64,000 nucleotides of DNA from positions 508 through 64,507 of the forward strand of contig CAZDBH010000002.1 in assembly GCA_964503485.1 (NCBI GenBank). Reading direction: 5' to 3'. Each line of letters opens with the position of its first letter. Position 1 is the first letter of the stretch. Shown one piece after another: positions 40,301 to 51,300 of the stretch. The translations under genes were made by a program, and so were the position numbers. Under the pieces are notes generated by a model. That model had not been told where the DNA came from and did no database searches. It saw only the letters and a list, made by a program, of their open reading frames with translations. This DNA is from an uncultured Bradymonadales bacterium (GTDB taxonomy: Bacteria; Myxococcota_A; Bradymonadia; JAFGEP01).

Positions 40301-41487
40301 GTTTCCGGATCGTCCGGTAAGCAGCCGTCCTCACAAAACTCACCGTTGCAGTACAACCCGTTGTAGTCGCCGCCATCCCAACAGTCTTCGTCAGTGGCGC
40401 ACTCCTCAGCGCAGCACACATGATCGGGGCAGCAGTGGGTGTCCTTTCCGCACTCGCCCGGTTTACAGCCCGGCGAGCAGACCGGATTGTCGAGCTCCAG
40501 GTCGCAGTACGTTCCGAACGGGCAATCCGCGTCTCCGTGGCAGCCGTCGATACAGGTGTGCGTGGCCAGATCGCACAGCGTCCCGGGCCGACAGGTATCT
40601 GACCCATCGTTGCGGATTCGGCATCCAGGCTGGCACGTCTCGGTCGACTCCTCGCAGTAGAACGCGCTGATCCTCCCGTCGTCGTTGCAAAACGCATCAC
40701 ACGTTTCTGGATCGTCGTCTTCGGCGCAGGTGCACGGTGTCGCCTCACAGGAGTGCGACTCTGTGTCGCATTGCAGGCCGCTACCACAATTGTCCGGTTC
40801 GCTTCGGCAGCCCTCTAGGCAGACGTCCAAATCAGGATCGCAATAGAAGCCCTCTAGGCAGATTTCGTCACCGCGGCAGGCACTACCCTGGCATCGTCGA
40901 GAGACCTCGTCGCAGACTAAGGGCACCTCCCCAACGGGCGCGATTGGGCAGTTATTGGGCTCAATCCGGCAGCCTTCCTCACAGCCCGACTCAGGATCGC
41001 AGTATTGGTGATCCTCGCAGTCGTCATCTTCTTCACAACCAGCAACGCATTCCCTCGAGTTTGGGCTACAGTGAAAATCGTCTTCGCAGGTATTGGGATA
41101 GAGGTCGCAGTCACCGCAGTTGTCGGGATCGACCCGACAACCGGGCTCGCACTCTCCGTCGTCGCAGTATTGACCCGCGGCGCAATCTTCGTTCTCCGTC
41201 GCGTCGGTGCAGCCCGATCGTTCGTCCACGGTGTCAGGAGTTACGTCTACATCGCCCGAGTCAGGAATATCCATGTCCCCCGCGTCGGTCGGTGGGCGAA
41301 CACACAAACCAGCGTCGTCACAAACAAACGGTGCCGAGCAGTTGCATTCGAAGCCCGCGTCGTTGGTTGGCGGAGTATCGCAGTCGCAGGCCTGGAACCA
41401 AGCTAACGTGAGCGGGATGGCGAGGACCAGGAATCGGGCCCTGATCTGTTCGGATACCGAACGGGATCCGTCTCGTCGCATGTGCAC
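37390..41487 (-). CDS. Giant (1365 aa) secreted Cys-rich repeat protein: ~10 N-terminal Cys-rich modules (C..GCR…C..G..CD) followed by multiple PPC (pre-peptidase C-terminal)-like beta-sandwich domains.
   Basis: Signal peptide (LVLAIPLTLAWFQAC). Repeats such as EGCRIEPNNCPIAP, EGCRSEPDNCGSGLQCD, PGCRIRNDGSDTCRPGTLCD. C-terminal half with DxD(F/W/Y)(F/Y) PPC signatures (GDVDFFSMVLFAGQTLT, DEDFYLVQIF, KDDWFSFTTEGGDIELYL). Confidence 0.7.
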   Translation of the reverse strand: MHMRRDGSRSVSEQIRARFLVLAIPLTLAWFQACDCDTPPTNDAGFECNCSAPFVCDDAGLCVRPPTDAGDMDIPDSGDVDVTPDTVDERSGCTDATENEDCAAGQYCDDGECEPGCRVDPDNCGDCDLYPNTCEDDFHCSPNSRECVAGCEEDDDCEDHQYCDPESGCEEGCRIEPNNCPIAPVGEVPLVCDEVSRRCQGSACRGDEICLEGFYCDPDLDVCLEGCRSEPDNCGSGLQCDTESHSCEATPCTCAEDDDPETCDAFCNDDGRISAFYCEESTETCQPGCRIRNDGSDTCRPGTLCDLATHTCIDGCHGDADCPFGTYCDLELDNPVCSPGCKPGECGKDTHCCPDHVCCAEECATDEDCWDGGDYNGLYCNGEFCEDGCLPDDPETEADEDTCFDELICDPETRDCGIPRCDPDGACDECPLGEFCSPTLQRCIPGCDGDECHCPDGQVCSVATDQCGCVADEECPLGTHCSTPECEVDCTPESDETEDSCPDGQSCNPLTGRCQSGCLDALETDVIRDDTRSTATCIPFYSGDAVVSFRDCTGSTDLRPCDDTEDSWCADATASTGADFDHYVMYLNAGDRISVHAQSEGFIAMSFFNNGGDVVFRPTDSEVPTDVQVNDYLVPESELYFVQVFTVGLECVDYSLEVLLDRPFLCEADPLEVNNSTISATPLGSAGRLVDRSFTDLTMCTGDVDFFSMVLFAGQTLTAVTDSRDGHPGIQMDLGTDGGVDLEADSIVSAGAWDNPADLDDTDDRILDRSVAATDEYYFRMQIPGGSAEAAYTFRFESGMGTARCERDYYDSIALGADRHNNTPENAQDLPTDSKFIIPSRPATASFEEARICPAVVDDSVDLDEDFYLVQIFRAPSEGFLQASLFQEDDALEMTIYEWVLDGEDRELVEMDTTGLPSGVLLTDEPIYERVGGTVDGEAAIYFVRVASSNPDDDELIPVLGESYSLTIDYIETPCEDDELEPNDSEHPELLHRATLLAGWGDGCGEFLTTTCGTDDTAFCECLPADNLVICPSDEDVYHLRFLEGDRYTVRVRMNGDDAEDNAEKVEVFFGREGSDQFRYGVDVTPACESANTCYDILIDGTANAPAGKIVATYRLTVDAGSLVAGADYDILVEVNGAGGRDCPPPERYDPWDLTPEDWDRYPGPNDLGCTDETCVLEPGTSASDHVGSLCSWDKDDWFSFTTEGGDIELYLRHFDEAGQAIALLYPDPLRDGIDQTVYECGFPADEDCPCLPELDPESDHYVCETQVSRSVADFPGREFAFYDLPAGDYQVRVRQYPYGGGFPNPYYKIFINDDACGGTVGAVTSGEGEDESKAGQVLWSVNEDCDTGHIGECSSCSDSCECAD

Positions 41488-41571
41488 TTTCCTTTAACGG
41501 TGTACCTGGGGTGGCTACCTAAGCCTGACCACAAGGTAATGTAGCGATCACCGCGAGTGGAAGCAAGGAAG

Positions 41572-43137
41572 CTAAGGCCCGGTTGTTCCCGGTACCCGAT
41601 CGAGAGGTTGAGGCGCAGTAGGCTCCGGCATGTCCGGTTGAATAGAACGCACAAGTGGAAGAGTGTCCCACTGGATTCGTCCGTTGCGGACCCAGCCCAG
41701 TAGCACGTTTTCTGCACCGGCCGGATTGGAACAGATGGCCCTCGTACGAGCAGCGACAACCACGTGTGGATGGTCCATCGACTCGAGGTCGTCGCTCCAG
41801 GTCACAGAGTACGAATACCGGACCGAACTCGGCCGGAATGAGAGCAATTCCCAGCCGTTTTCTGACCAGCTGTCCTCTGTGGCGCGGGGTCTAGATATGC
41901 ACGGTGTGATGGCGGGCGTTCGAGGAAGCGACAGTTGGATTCCCCGCGAAAAGGCCTCGCCGACCGCTTGGCTCAACTCCAACAACAGTGCTTCGCCTTC
42001 AGACTCTTGTATCCACTTGATTCGATTGGCAATCGCGTTACCGAGTAAACTACCGACCATCATCGAGGTCACCTCGACCGAGGGTGATGCTGTGAACGTC
42101 GGCCCTCGAGCGCCAACACTCGCGACCATCCCCTCAAAGTACCTGAGGTCGTGTGGGTCCGCATTGCTCGCGACCACATCAGGAAACGCCGTCGCAGTCG
42201 CTGACGCTACGCTAGCCTCTGAAAACACGGCGTGGAGTGTCAGGTTCAAGACGTTTTCTGACGGAATCGTCCCACTCAGTTCGACCAATCGCGCCCGTTC
42301 CGAGGCCAAGAGAATGACGCCGACAGGCGCAAGCCGTTCACCGCTGTCCAAGAGGTGCACTGGTAGGTCCGGATCGAGAGCTTGGCCGAGGACGGATCGG
42401 TTGGCCAAAGTCCCACTCGAGGCTTGTTCCGCCCACTCGAGGATTCGACGCTCCCCGTCTGGCGCCACCCCGCGGCCCACGACGAGGAACTCCCCTCGAA
42501 GAATGAACACGCCGTTTCCGTAGAACTGCATTTCCGGAATATCACCCAACACGGGGTGAGCGACCTGCGGGGCATCCGGAAGCCAACCTGCTGTCGAGTA
42601 GTCACCTTGGCAGGCAAAAATCGACTCGCCGCCGCCCGCACCGAAGGCGCACGCTTCACTTGCCTCTAGAAACGGCGTGAAGTGTTCATCCAGAAACGCC
42701 AAATTGGCAGGAGTGAAAGACACGGGGTTGTTGTAGCGAAAGACCTCCTGCCAAGAATCATGAACTGACTCCATCTGAAGGACGCTGAGGTGAAAGTAAA
42801 GGGCGGACTCGCACACCTCGGGCAGAAAGCCGAGCAACGGAGCGCCCTGCCCGCTCGCCTGGAACAAGGTGCCGGCCGCCCCTTCGGGCATTTCTGCGAC
42901 CGGAATCTCCAGCTCGAAGTAGGCGGAGATGGGTGAAGGTTCTACGTCTTCCTCTGGCGTGACCGTGGGCTCCGCGTGCTCAGGGGCGGGCTCACTGGTG
43001 GTGGCTGCCGGGGCGACTGCCGGAGTCGGTTCCGGCTCTCCAGTCCCGCTCTGCTCCGTATCTTCCGCTGATCCGCATCCGAACGTGCCGACAAGACACA
43101 CGGTGATCATCGCTGTGAACGCTATTCTAACTGCCAT
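41572..43137 (-). CDS. Hypothetical lipoprotein.
   Basis: Probable start MAVRIAFTAMITVCLVGTFGCGSAED (lipobox). Pro/Glu/Thr-rich linker, then a ~450-aa domain with no recognised motifs. The track start 43179 would overlap the divergent neighbour. Confidence 0.5.
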   Translation of the reverse strand: MAVRIAFTAMITVCLVGTFGCGSAEDTEQSGTGEPEPTPAVAPAATTSEPAPEHAEPTVTPEEDVEPSPISAYFELEIPVAEMPEGAAGTLFQASGQGAPLLGFLPEVCESALYFHLSVLQMESVHDSWQEVFRYNNPVSFTPANLAFLDEHFTPFLEASEACAFGAGGGESIFACQGDYSTAGWLPDAPQVAHPVLGDIPEMQFYGNGVFILRGEFLVVGRGVAPDGERRILEWAEQASSGTLANRSVLGQALDPDLPVHLLDSGERLAPVGVILLASERARLVELSGTIPSENVLNLTLHAVFSEASVASATATAFPDVVASNADPHDLRYFEGMVASVGARGPTFTASPSVEVTSMMVGSLLGNAIANRIKWIQESEGEALLLELSQAVGEAFSRGIQLSLPRTPAITPCISRPRATEDSWSENGWELLSFRPSSVRYSYSVTWSDDLESMDHPHVVVAARTRAICSNPAGAENVLLGWVRNGRIQWDTLPLVRSIQPDMPEPTAPQPLDRVPGTTGP

Positions 43138-43238
43138 ATGAGTCTCCCAACGGACCGAGGCGACTCTACCATTTGTCATCCCAAAGTGAAGACGGATTTG
43201 AAGCGGTTGAGTTCAACGTCTACAATCGGGGCTCCATG

Positions 43239-45308
43239 TTGTGGCAACAAAAATCTCGCTACATTGCTTGCGTCACAGCGGCCCTGCTCGTTGGATGCTC
43301 GAGTCAGAACGAGATCTCCTCGGACCAATCCGACAGTTCAGCTGTGGTAGACTCGACCGACACGGCCCAACAGACCGATACCGAGCCAACCGATTCGTCA
43401 GCTGCTGACCTAGTCGCCCAAGATACCTCCGACGCATTGAGTTCGGACGCTGCTGAGGATCCCATCCTCACTGACCGGACCCAATTGGATAGGGACTCAG
43501 ACGGCGCGCTGGATCGACGACAAGACAGCGAACTGCACAATGTCGACCAACCGGATGCGTCAGCGGAACTCGATACTCCCGTCGACAGCGGCCCGGATGT
43601 CATTTCGGAGTTCGACATCCCGTCGGATCCGGATATCACGACCGATCCTGTGGATGGTCAAGACCCCGTGCTCGACCAGGACCTCGAATCAGACACCCCC
43701 GATCTCGCCGACGAGGACGTTCGGCCACCTATCGATTGCCCCGAGTCAGACTGGGAGGTGCAGTTCCAAGACCGCACCGACGAGGTCGGGCTTGCACCAT
43801 GGTCGACCAGAGGTCAGCCCCTCGGAGCCGTTGTCGTCCTAGACGTCAATGGCGACATCTACCCTGACCTGTTTTCGCCTTCGGACGGGGAGGTCGCTCA
43901 CCTGTACATCAATCAAGGTAGCTGGACATTCGTCGAAGCAACCGAAGGAAGTGGAATCGAAGACATCGCGCTCGGCGAGTTTGCCGCCGCGAGAGACTTC
44001 GATAATGACGGCATAACCGATCTGTTCGTATCAGCCGGGTGGCGAGACTACATCTTCCTCGGGGACGGGGAGGGCCATTTCGAGGATGTCAGTTCCGAGT
44101 GGGGCTTGGGCGCTTCTGTCGCGAGTCGGGAAGCGTTGGCTGTGGCCGATTTTGACGGCAATGGCTGGCTGGACGTCTACGAGAGCCGTGGAACGGTTCC
44201 TGTCTCGACTACCGGGAAAGCAGACCGGATTTTCTTCAACCAAGACGGCTATTTCACAGCCCAACTCCTCGATGCGATGGGCCACCCCAAAGCTGCCGCC
44301 GCTGTCGACTGGGACAGGGACGGTTGGGTCGACTTGTTCATCGGCAACGACTTCGGCTGGATTCTCGAAGGCAATGCGCTCTTGCGAAACCTCGGTGAAG
44401 CAGACGAGGAAGGTGATTGGCGCTTCGAAAACGTGGCATCCGAGTGGGATGTTGCCCAAGAACTCGCGAGCATGAGCGCCACCGTGGCCGACTTCGACAA
44501 CGACGGGGACCTAGACGCCTACGTAACCAATATGTGCGACAACCTCTTGCTGGTCTCCGAGGATGGCGTCGCCGTGGACCGTGCCCGCGAGTTTGGTGTG
44601 AACGCGGGGTACTTCTCCGATCCAGACCCACCCGAGCCCGAGCCCAACTGGCCTGAAGTCGATGAGGGCCGCACGCTGTTTTTCGAAACGTACTGCAGAG
44701 ACCGTGGACCTGACGACTGGGTCCTCACCAGCTGGGCCTCGGTCTTTGCCGATTTTGACCAGGACGGTTGGCAAGAACTCTTCGTAGCAAACGGAAACCT
44801 CGGGCATTCCTACGGCTATCCGGACGGCACGGCGCAGCCAAACCTGCTCTTCAGAAACCGCTGCGGCCAAGCCTTCGAGCCCGTGGTTTCCGAGTGGCCC
44901 GACCTCCGAGCGCCCTCCAGAGGTGCTGTCGTCGCCGACTTCGACGTTGACGGAGACCTCGATCTAGTTTGGGTCGAAGCTGGTCATGGTTCCGACAGAG
45001 GCCTACGCTTTTTGTCGAACGAAAGCGTCGCGGGAAACTGGTTGAAACTCGAGCTCGAGGCGACGAGCACCCATCCTTCGGCGATCGGCACCAGTGTCAC
45101 CCTCGCCAGCGGGTCAATCGAACAATACCGGCAACTCGATGGCGGCCAAGGGTACTTGGGGCAGCATGAGGCGATCGTGCATTTCGGATTGGCAGACGTC
45201 ACCGCAGCTGACACGATCACAATCCGCTGGCCTAGCGGTCGGACCCAGGTCCTCGAAGGGGTCGATGCGAATCAAACGCTCCGTTTGGTCGAACCAGCAG
45301 TCGAGTGA
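43239..45308 (+). CDS. CRTAC1-family protein: FG-GAP/VCBS beta-propeller repeats with a C-terminal ASPIC/UnbV domain; lipoprotein.
   Basis: Lipobox (AALLVGCSSQ). Repeated FDNDG…D, FDGNGWLDVY, DRDGWVDLFIGND, DQDGWQELFVANGN FG-GAP-type Ca-binding repeats. C-terminal NWLKLELEATSTHPSAIGTSVTL…RQLDGGQGYLGQHEAIVHFGL matches the UnbV_ASPIC signature. Confidence 0.7.
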   Translation: MWQQKSRYIACVTAALLVGCSSQNEISSDQSDSSAVVDSTDTAQQTDTEPTDSSAADLVAQDTSDALSSDAAEDPILTDRTQLDRDSDGALDRRQDSELHNVDQPDASAELDTPVDSGPDVISEFDIPSDPDITTDPVDGQDPVLDQDLESDTPDLADEDVRPPIDCPESDWEVQFQDRTDEVGLAPWSTRGQPLGAVVVLDVNGDIYPDLFSPSDGEVAHLYINQGSWTFVEATEGSGIEDIALGEFAAARDFDNDGITDLFVSAGWRDYIFLGDGEGHFEDVSSEWGLGASVASREALAVADFDGNGWLDVYESRGTVPVSTTGKADRIFFNQDGYFTAQLLDAMGHPKAAAAVDWDRDGWVDLFIGNDFGWILEGNALLRNLGEADEEGDWRFENVASEWDVAQELASMSATVADFDNDGDLDAYVTNMCDNLLLVSEDGVAVDRAREFGVNAGYFSDPDPPEPEPNWPEVDEGRTLFFETYCRDRGPDDWVLTSWASVFADFDQDGWQELFVANGNLGHSYGYPDGTAQPNLLFRNRCGQAFEPVVSEWPDLRAPSRGAVVADFDVDGDLDLVWVEAGHGSDRGLRFLSNESVAGNWLKLELEATSTHPSAIGTSVTLASGSIEQYRQLDGGQGYLGQHEAIVHFGLADVTAADTITIRWPSGRTQVLEGVDANQTLRLVEPAVE

Positions 45309-45333
45309 AAAAGAGGTCGTGCTGACCCGATGC

Positions 45334-48300
45334 CTAGAGGCAGCTGGGACAGCGAGGTATCGGAGCGAATTGGTACTCAAAAGGCTGATCCGCGTCCGAC
45401 GCGATGTGGACATAGATAGTCCGTTCGTCGGAGCCGGCGTTGATTTCGGGGGTGCGAATTCGTTTGTTTTCGACCACCGCTGTCTCATCGGTGACTGTCG
45501 CCAGAACTGTGCCGTCAGAATCGACGATCTCGAACACGAAGTCAGGTAATGGGTCGGTACTGCTCGGTTCGAAGTCGAAGGACAGATTCCAGTCGCCGCC
45601 CCTAGGCGGCGGAACGGTATAGGCCAACCAATCCTCATCCGTCCCTGTCGGGCACATGGCGAAGGCACCGCCTTGCCAGTTGATTTCGTAGGCTGTCCCA
45701 CGTGTGTCGTTCGCTCCCTCAGGAACGTCCGACGGGTCGATGAAACACTCGTCCTGGCTGACCCGCATGCAGTAATCGGTTGTGTCGCCGCCTTCGAGCT
45801 GAAAGTCGTACGTTCCAGCCTCTACGTAGCCCTCCATCACAATCTCGTCGACCTGGAACGATGCCATTTCGACTGCGGGGACAACGTCGCCGTCCTGCAG
45901 GACTCGGACAGATAAGTTGGAGAGGTCGTCCCCAGTAATAATGAGCCGTAGGATGCCGTCGTCGACGGTCACGCTGTAGAAATCCGAGTTGTCAGGACAG
46001 CGATTTGAGCACACGTCCTCCTCGTCGAGGACGAGCTCCACAGCGTCCTCGATCTCGTGATTGTCGCGCTCCGAGACGCACATGGGCGCCGCACTGGCCA
46101 GCAGAGTATAGTCCACCGGTTCGCCGAACTCTTCGTCGAGCGACGCGACCACATAGTAAACCGTCTCGCTCGGATAGGCTCCGACGGCCAGTTTCATCGG
46201 CATGAAGCGCGTGTCGTTAATCTGGGCGAGGACCTCGCTGTCGCTGTCGTAGATCGCGACCCGAAAGCGTGCCGCACGCTGAGCTAGACTCGCCTCGGTC
46301 GCCAAATCCCAACTCTCGTCCAGGAACTTGATTCCCAGCCCAGGCCCGCACGGGGGCTCTGAATCCTCTTCGCACCGGAAGCAGTCCGGGTCGCCACTAT
46401 CCGGATCACAGGTCACTACGGGCCCGACTGACGTCTGAAGCTGGAAGATATCCCTGTCCCCCGGGCACAACCGGAAAGCGTTCGGCTCACCGCTCTCGAC
46501 GTCGCGACGCAGCGCCACGTCGCCGTCGATCGGGTCGTCGAATGAATCGGGGCCACCTTCAAATTCATCGTTTTCGCACAGCGGTAGTTCTTCGATGGCC
46601 AACTGGTATGGCAGGCCGATCGATCCCACGTCTTCTTCACTCGAAACCCTCAGGTAATAGGTGTAGGCGTCTTCCGTGGAATTGGAAACCGCAAGTTGGC
46701 CCGGCGGAGTGTCGCCCGAAACGGTCACGTACCGCAGCTCAGTCTCGTCGGATGTGTGGAGGCATGCGACGAGCTCCGTCGGATTGCCTGTTGCGCCTTC
46801 GATCGTGACGAGCAACCCGGTCGTCGTCTCCAGAGTAAGGTAATCTTGTTCGTCCTGACAGATTCTAAACTCGCCGACAGTACCATCAAACGGTAACGGG
46901 TCGCCGGACCGGTCACTTGGCACCGAAGCGCCAGCGAAGCTCTCGTTCGGTTCCGACGTATCGTTGATGCATCCGCGCTCTTCCCTCTCGATGGTGAGTT
47001 GGTAGTCGGCGCCTTCGGAGTCGATGACGCCATCGGCCGAGACCTGGATGAGATAGGTTCCGGGGGACAATTCTGGCGCAAACAAGGTAACACCCTCACC
47101 GGAATCGCTGGTGTCCGACAGGGCCCCATCACAGGTCCAGGCCCCACTGCTGCCCGTGACGTCGCTCCCGGTGCAGCCTGCAACCGCAGTGGAACCGTCG
47201 GCCTCGTAGAGGTCGACCTGGAAACTGGCTCCCGATTCGGAACTCAGCCCAATGTAAATCTCGCCATCGGTCGACACGATTTCCTGGGAGTACCAATCGG
47301 ATTGAGCCGGGCAGAGATTGGCGCCATGGGCACCGCTGGACAGCGCAAATGGCTCAGACTTGGTGTCGTTCGGTTCAAACCCATCATCGATACACGGCGA
47401 GTCGTCCGACAGCGTATGCCACAACTTGTAGCGCAAACCGTCATCGCCAACACTAGCCGATACCCACACATAGTAGGTCGCAACCGGTAGATTGAAGGTC
47501 CAGAACCCCATGAAACCCAGGCTGCCCTCCACAAAGGAGTTTTCTGCCACTAAAACTCCGTCGCCGTCGAGCACGACGACCCGCACTGGGTTGTCCCCGG
47601 GGCTGTGCTGAATGCTGACACTCAGGTTTTGGCCCTCGACGGTGTTCACCACCCGATAGACGTCGACGTCGCCTGGGCAAAGGACTTGTGCACGCGAGTC
47701 GGACCGCTCTGGAATCAGCGGCAGACCTTCACCGATGCTGTCGTTGGGCTCGAACGGATCGAGGACGCACCCGTCGCTTTCACTGCTGATGCTCAAAACG
47801 TACGCTCTGCCCCGTTTCGGTGCGGCCGTCGTCGTCACTTGAACGTAGTAGGTACCCGCCGCCAAACTATTGAGAGACACCTCGCTTCCGTCGTCACCCA
47901 GTTCCTCCTCGGCGCCGTCCAATAACGTGATTGTGAATGGCCCTGGGTCGATCGGAGTCAAACTGGCGGTTATCGCCACCGGGCCGAGTGGGACCTCGAT
48001 TTTGTAGACATCAGCGTCCTCACAGGCCAGAGCGGCCAATGACGCCGTCGACTCCCCGAGAACTGTCGCAGTCGCGGGTGTGTCATTGCCCCCCTCTCCT
48101 TCGTATTGGTCGGTACAATCGAAAGGCTCATCGACAACGATTGACAGCGAGTAGTTTTCGCCGAGCTCGGATGGGTCAGTGGCTGTCACCCGAACGTAGA
48201 ACGTGCCGGGGTCGAGCTCGGTCTCAGATAGGCTAATCAGCGCGCCGCTTCCTGTCTGGCTGCTAATCTCGGTGCCGTCGTCTTCGAGAAACTCGAGTCG

Positions 48301-51300
48301 CATCGATACTGACGGAGCGACTCGACTGACAGACAGATCCAAACTGGCGGGACCTTCACCGACGATGACTTCGAAAACGTCGCTATCACCTTCGCAGGCG
48401 GTCAGGTTGAGAAACCCGGATTCGGCGCCCAGGAAGTCGCTGGCGGTCTCGATGGTGTCGTTGTCTTCGAGAGAGTCGGTGCATTCCAGCCGCCCGATTT
48501 CAACCGATAGCGAATAGGCGATTCCTGCAACAGGAATTCCGTCGCTCCCCGAAACGTGAACTGAGTAAACCCCACCGATCAGATCCGCCATGGCGAGGGT
48601 CTTGTCTGCATTGGTGTCCGTCACAGGCCCGGCAACTGTCTCGCCCTCAGAGTTTAGAATCACGAGTGTAAGTGGTGCCGAGGTGTCTGACTGGTGAATC
48701 GAGACCGTCACGTCCTTGGTGCCAATCACGTCGAAAGCGAACCAGTCGTCGTCTGCCTCGCAGAGCGACAAGGGCACATCCACGTCGCCAGCGATGTAGA
48801 CCGCCTGTTCAGCACTCTCGTTGGGCTCCAGGCGGTCACGGCATTCAGTGACCACCTCTGAAGTCGCGAGCAGAGTGAATGGCAGTCCGTTGATCGGGGC
48901 AGTCGCCTCGGGTTCGACCTTCAGCAGGGCCATGCCCTCCCAGGCCGACGATCGTACGATGACGGTGCTGCTGTCGCTCGTGGAATCTTGCGCGATCCAA
49001 ACCAGGTCTTCGCCGTCCAGCTGATAGAGCGTCAACTCGAGGTCGGCGGTCGCTCCGGTGTTGTCCAGAGTGAAACTGAACACCCGCTCGTCATCGACGG
49101 GTAAGATGTACCACAACTCGTGGCCGTCACAGACCTTTCCGGTGGTCGTTCGATCGAGGACTAGGCTCTGTGCGAATCCAGACTCACTGTTGGACGAAGG
49201 CTGACAGACATCGACGCTGCTCAAGATCACATCGAACCCGTAGGCGTCCCCCAGCTCCTCGGTCGACTCGTTGGAGTCAATCTCGATGATCACCGCTTGC
49301 CCCGTAAGGAAGTCACCCTCGACGATGCCCGACCCGTTCTGATTGTCGCGTAACACCAGGTCGTCTTCATCGCCGTCTGGGGGGAGCTCGTAGAGACGCA
49401 CTGCGCCTGATGCGCCGTCTTCGAATCTGACGTCCACCTCGACATGAGTCGGGCCACCGAGGCTGACCCACCAGTGATCGTTGTCTTCGGGGCACAGCCG
49501 CTCACAGAAGTAGGCTGGGTCGTCGGGCGATTCCGCATCGCACAGAGTTTCGGGCAGGACGGCCCAAGAGAACTCGAAGCCATTGTTGGGCTCTCGGCCC
49601 TCGTCGATGCATTCGACGTCATCCAGAGCCAGACGCGCAGTCAGTTGATACGTCGCCCCACCCAGAACCGGAATGAAACCGGTCTGTCGAACGCGAAGAT
49701 AGTAGAAACCCGCGGTCATGCGTTCATCGACGATACTGACCGCGCTTGCCGTACGAACACACTCCGACCCTCGGATGCACTGCTTGACCAACTCGAGCTC
49801 GCCGCCGTCTGTTTCGCGCAGAAGGTCCAGACCGAAGGAACTGGCAAAAAGCACCGGATTGACGGTTACGTTCAGAGTCGCGTCACGCCGGACCTCGAAC
49901 CGATAGTAGTCGACGTCTTCGACGCAAAGGACCGCGTCATCGCCACTGTCGAAAGTGGATGAACCGCTCAGAATCGAGGTGGCATCGTCCGACACGTCGT
50001 TCTCCTCGAATCCGTCAGTGCAGCGTGGCGTGGCGAATTGGAAGTCGATGTCGTAGTCCACGCCCTCGACATCCGCCCCATCGAGGCAGTCGAGGTTGGT
50101 GACCTGCACAGCATAGGAGCCGCTATCGAGCAGTCCCTCTACTTCGAGCTCCTTCGATGGGTGACTATTCTCAACCGTTTGAAGCGCCTCGCCGCTCGGG
50201 GCAAAGAGAGTGAGGCGAAGGGTGCAGGCCGCCGAGGACTGCTCGAAACTCACCCGGAGGTCGCCTCCAGTGATTCCCTGAGTGACGAACCAGTCCTCAT
50301 CATCTTGGCACGCCGTCAGGCCGTCGAAACTCTCTCCCGACTCCGCAAAAGTCGCACTCTCACGCTCATTGTCGGGCTCCAAGTCGTCGTCTGGGCAGGA
50401 GCCAAATCGGCTGTCCGTCCGGTAGAGTTCGTAGCCGCTCTCGTCTGACGAGGAGTGTCCCCTCACGGCCACGTACCAGGTCGATTCTTCCGAGGTCGGG
50501 CCCGCAAAGATCAGTTCCGTCTGCTCCCCGCTATCTACCCGGTCGACCTCGCTCCGGGTTTCGTCGTAGAGGATCAAGTCGAGGTTTTCCCCGGCTTCGG
50601 CGATGAAGAGGGTGATCTCAACCCGTTCGTCAGGCGCGACGTCGAAGATCCAGTAGTCAGTATCGTCTGCGCAGAGGGTGAGGCCCCGGGTCGGGCCGTC
50701 CTCGAGTCGCCTCGATTGACCGAACGAGTTGTTCTCTTCGTACTCGTCAGGTCGGCACTCATGCGACGGATAGCGCTCTACCCGGGTGTTGTACCCGACT
50801 TGTGAGCATCCCTGGTCATCGGTAATGCCCGCTCCGAAAATCGAGATATAGTACGTGCCGTCCACCGTGACCGGGTAGGCAATCTGAAGGAACTGGCCCG
50901 GTCCATCGATGGTCTCGTGGTGCTCGACGAGCGGTAAGCCATCCCAATTGGGACTATCATGAAGTTGAACGGTAATCTCACCTCGGTCGGGGGTCACCAG
51001 GACGTTTAGGGTCTCGCCGGCATTTCCAACCACGCGGTATCGGTCGATATCGGCGCCACACAACACGCCGAAGAAGAGGCTTTCAGAAGAGGGCGCGACT
51101 GTGTCGCCATCATCGATATCGGCCTCGTCGAAGCACTCGCAGTCGACGCAACGCCCGTTCTCTGGGTTACACATCGGCAGGTCGAAGAGTTCACAGTCGA
51201 CGTTCCGATCGCAGCTCGCCACGCAATGCTCGTCGACACAAACTAGGTCTTCGAGACCCGCACAGCTGAAGTCCGATTCACACCGGCAGCTCCGAGTCGT

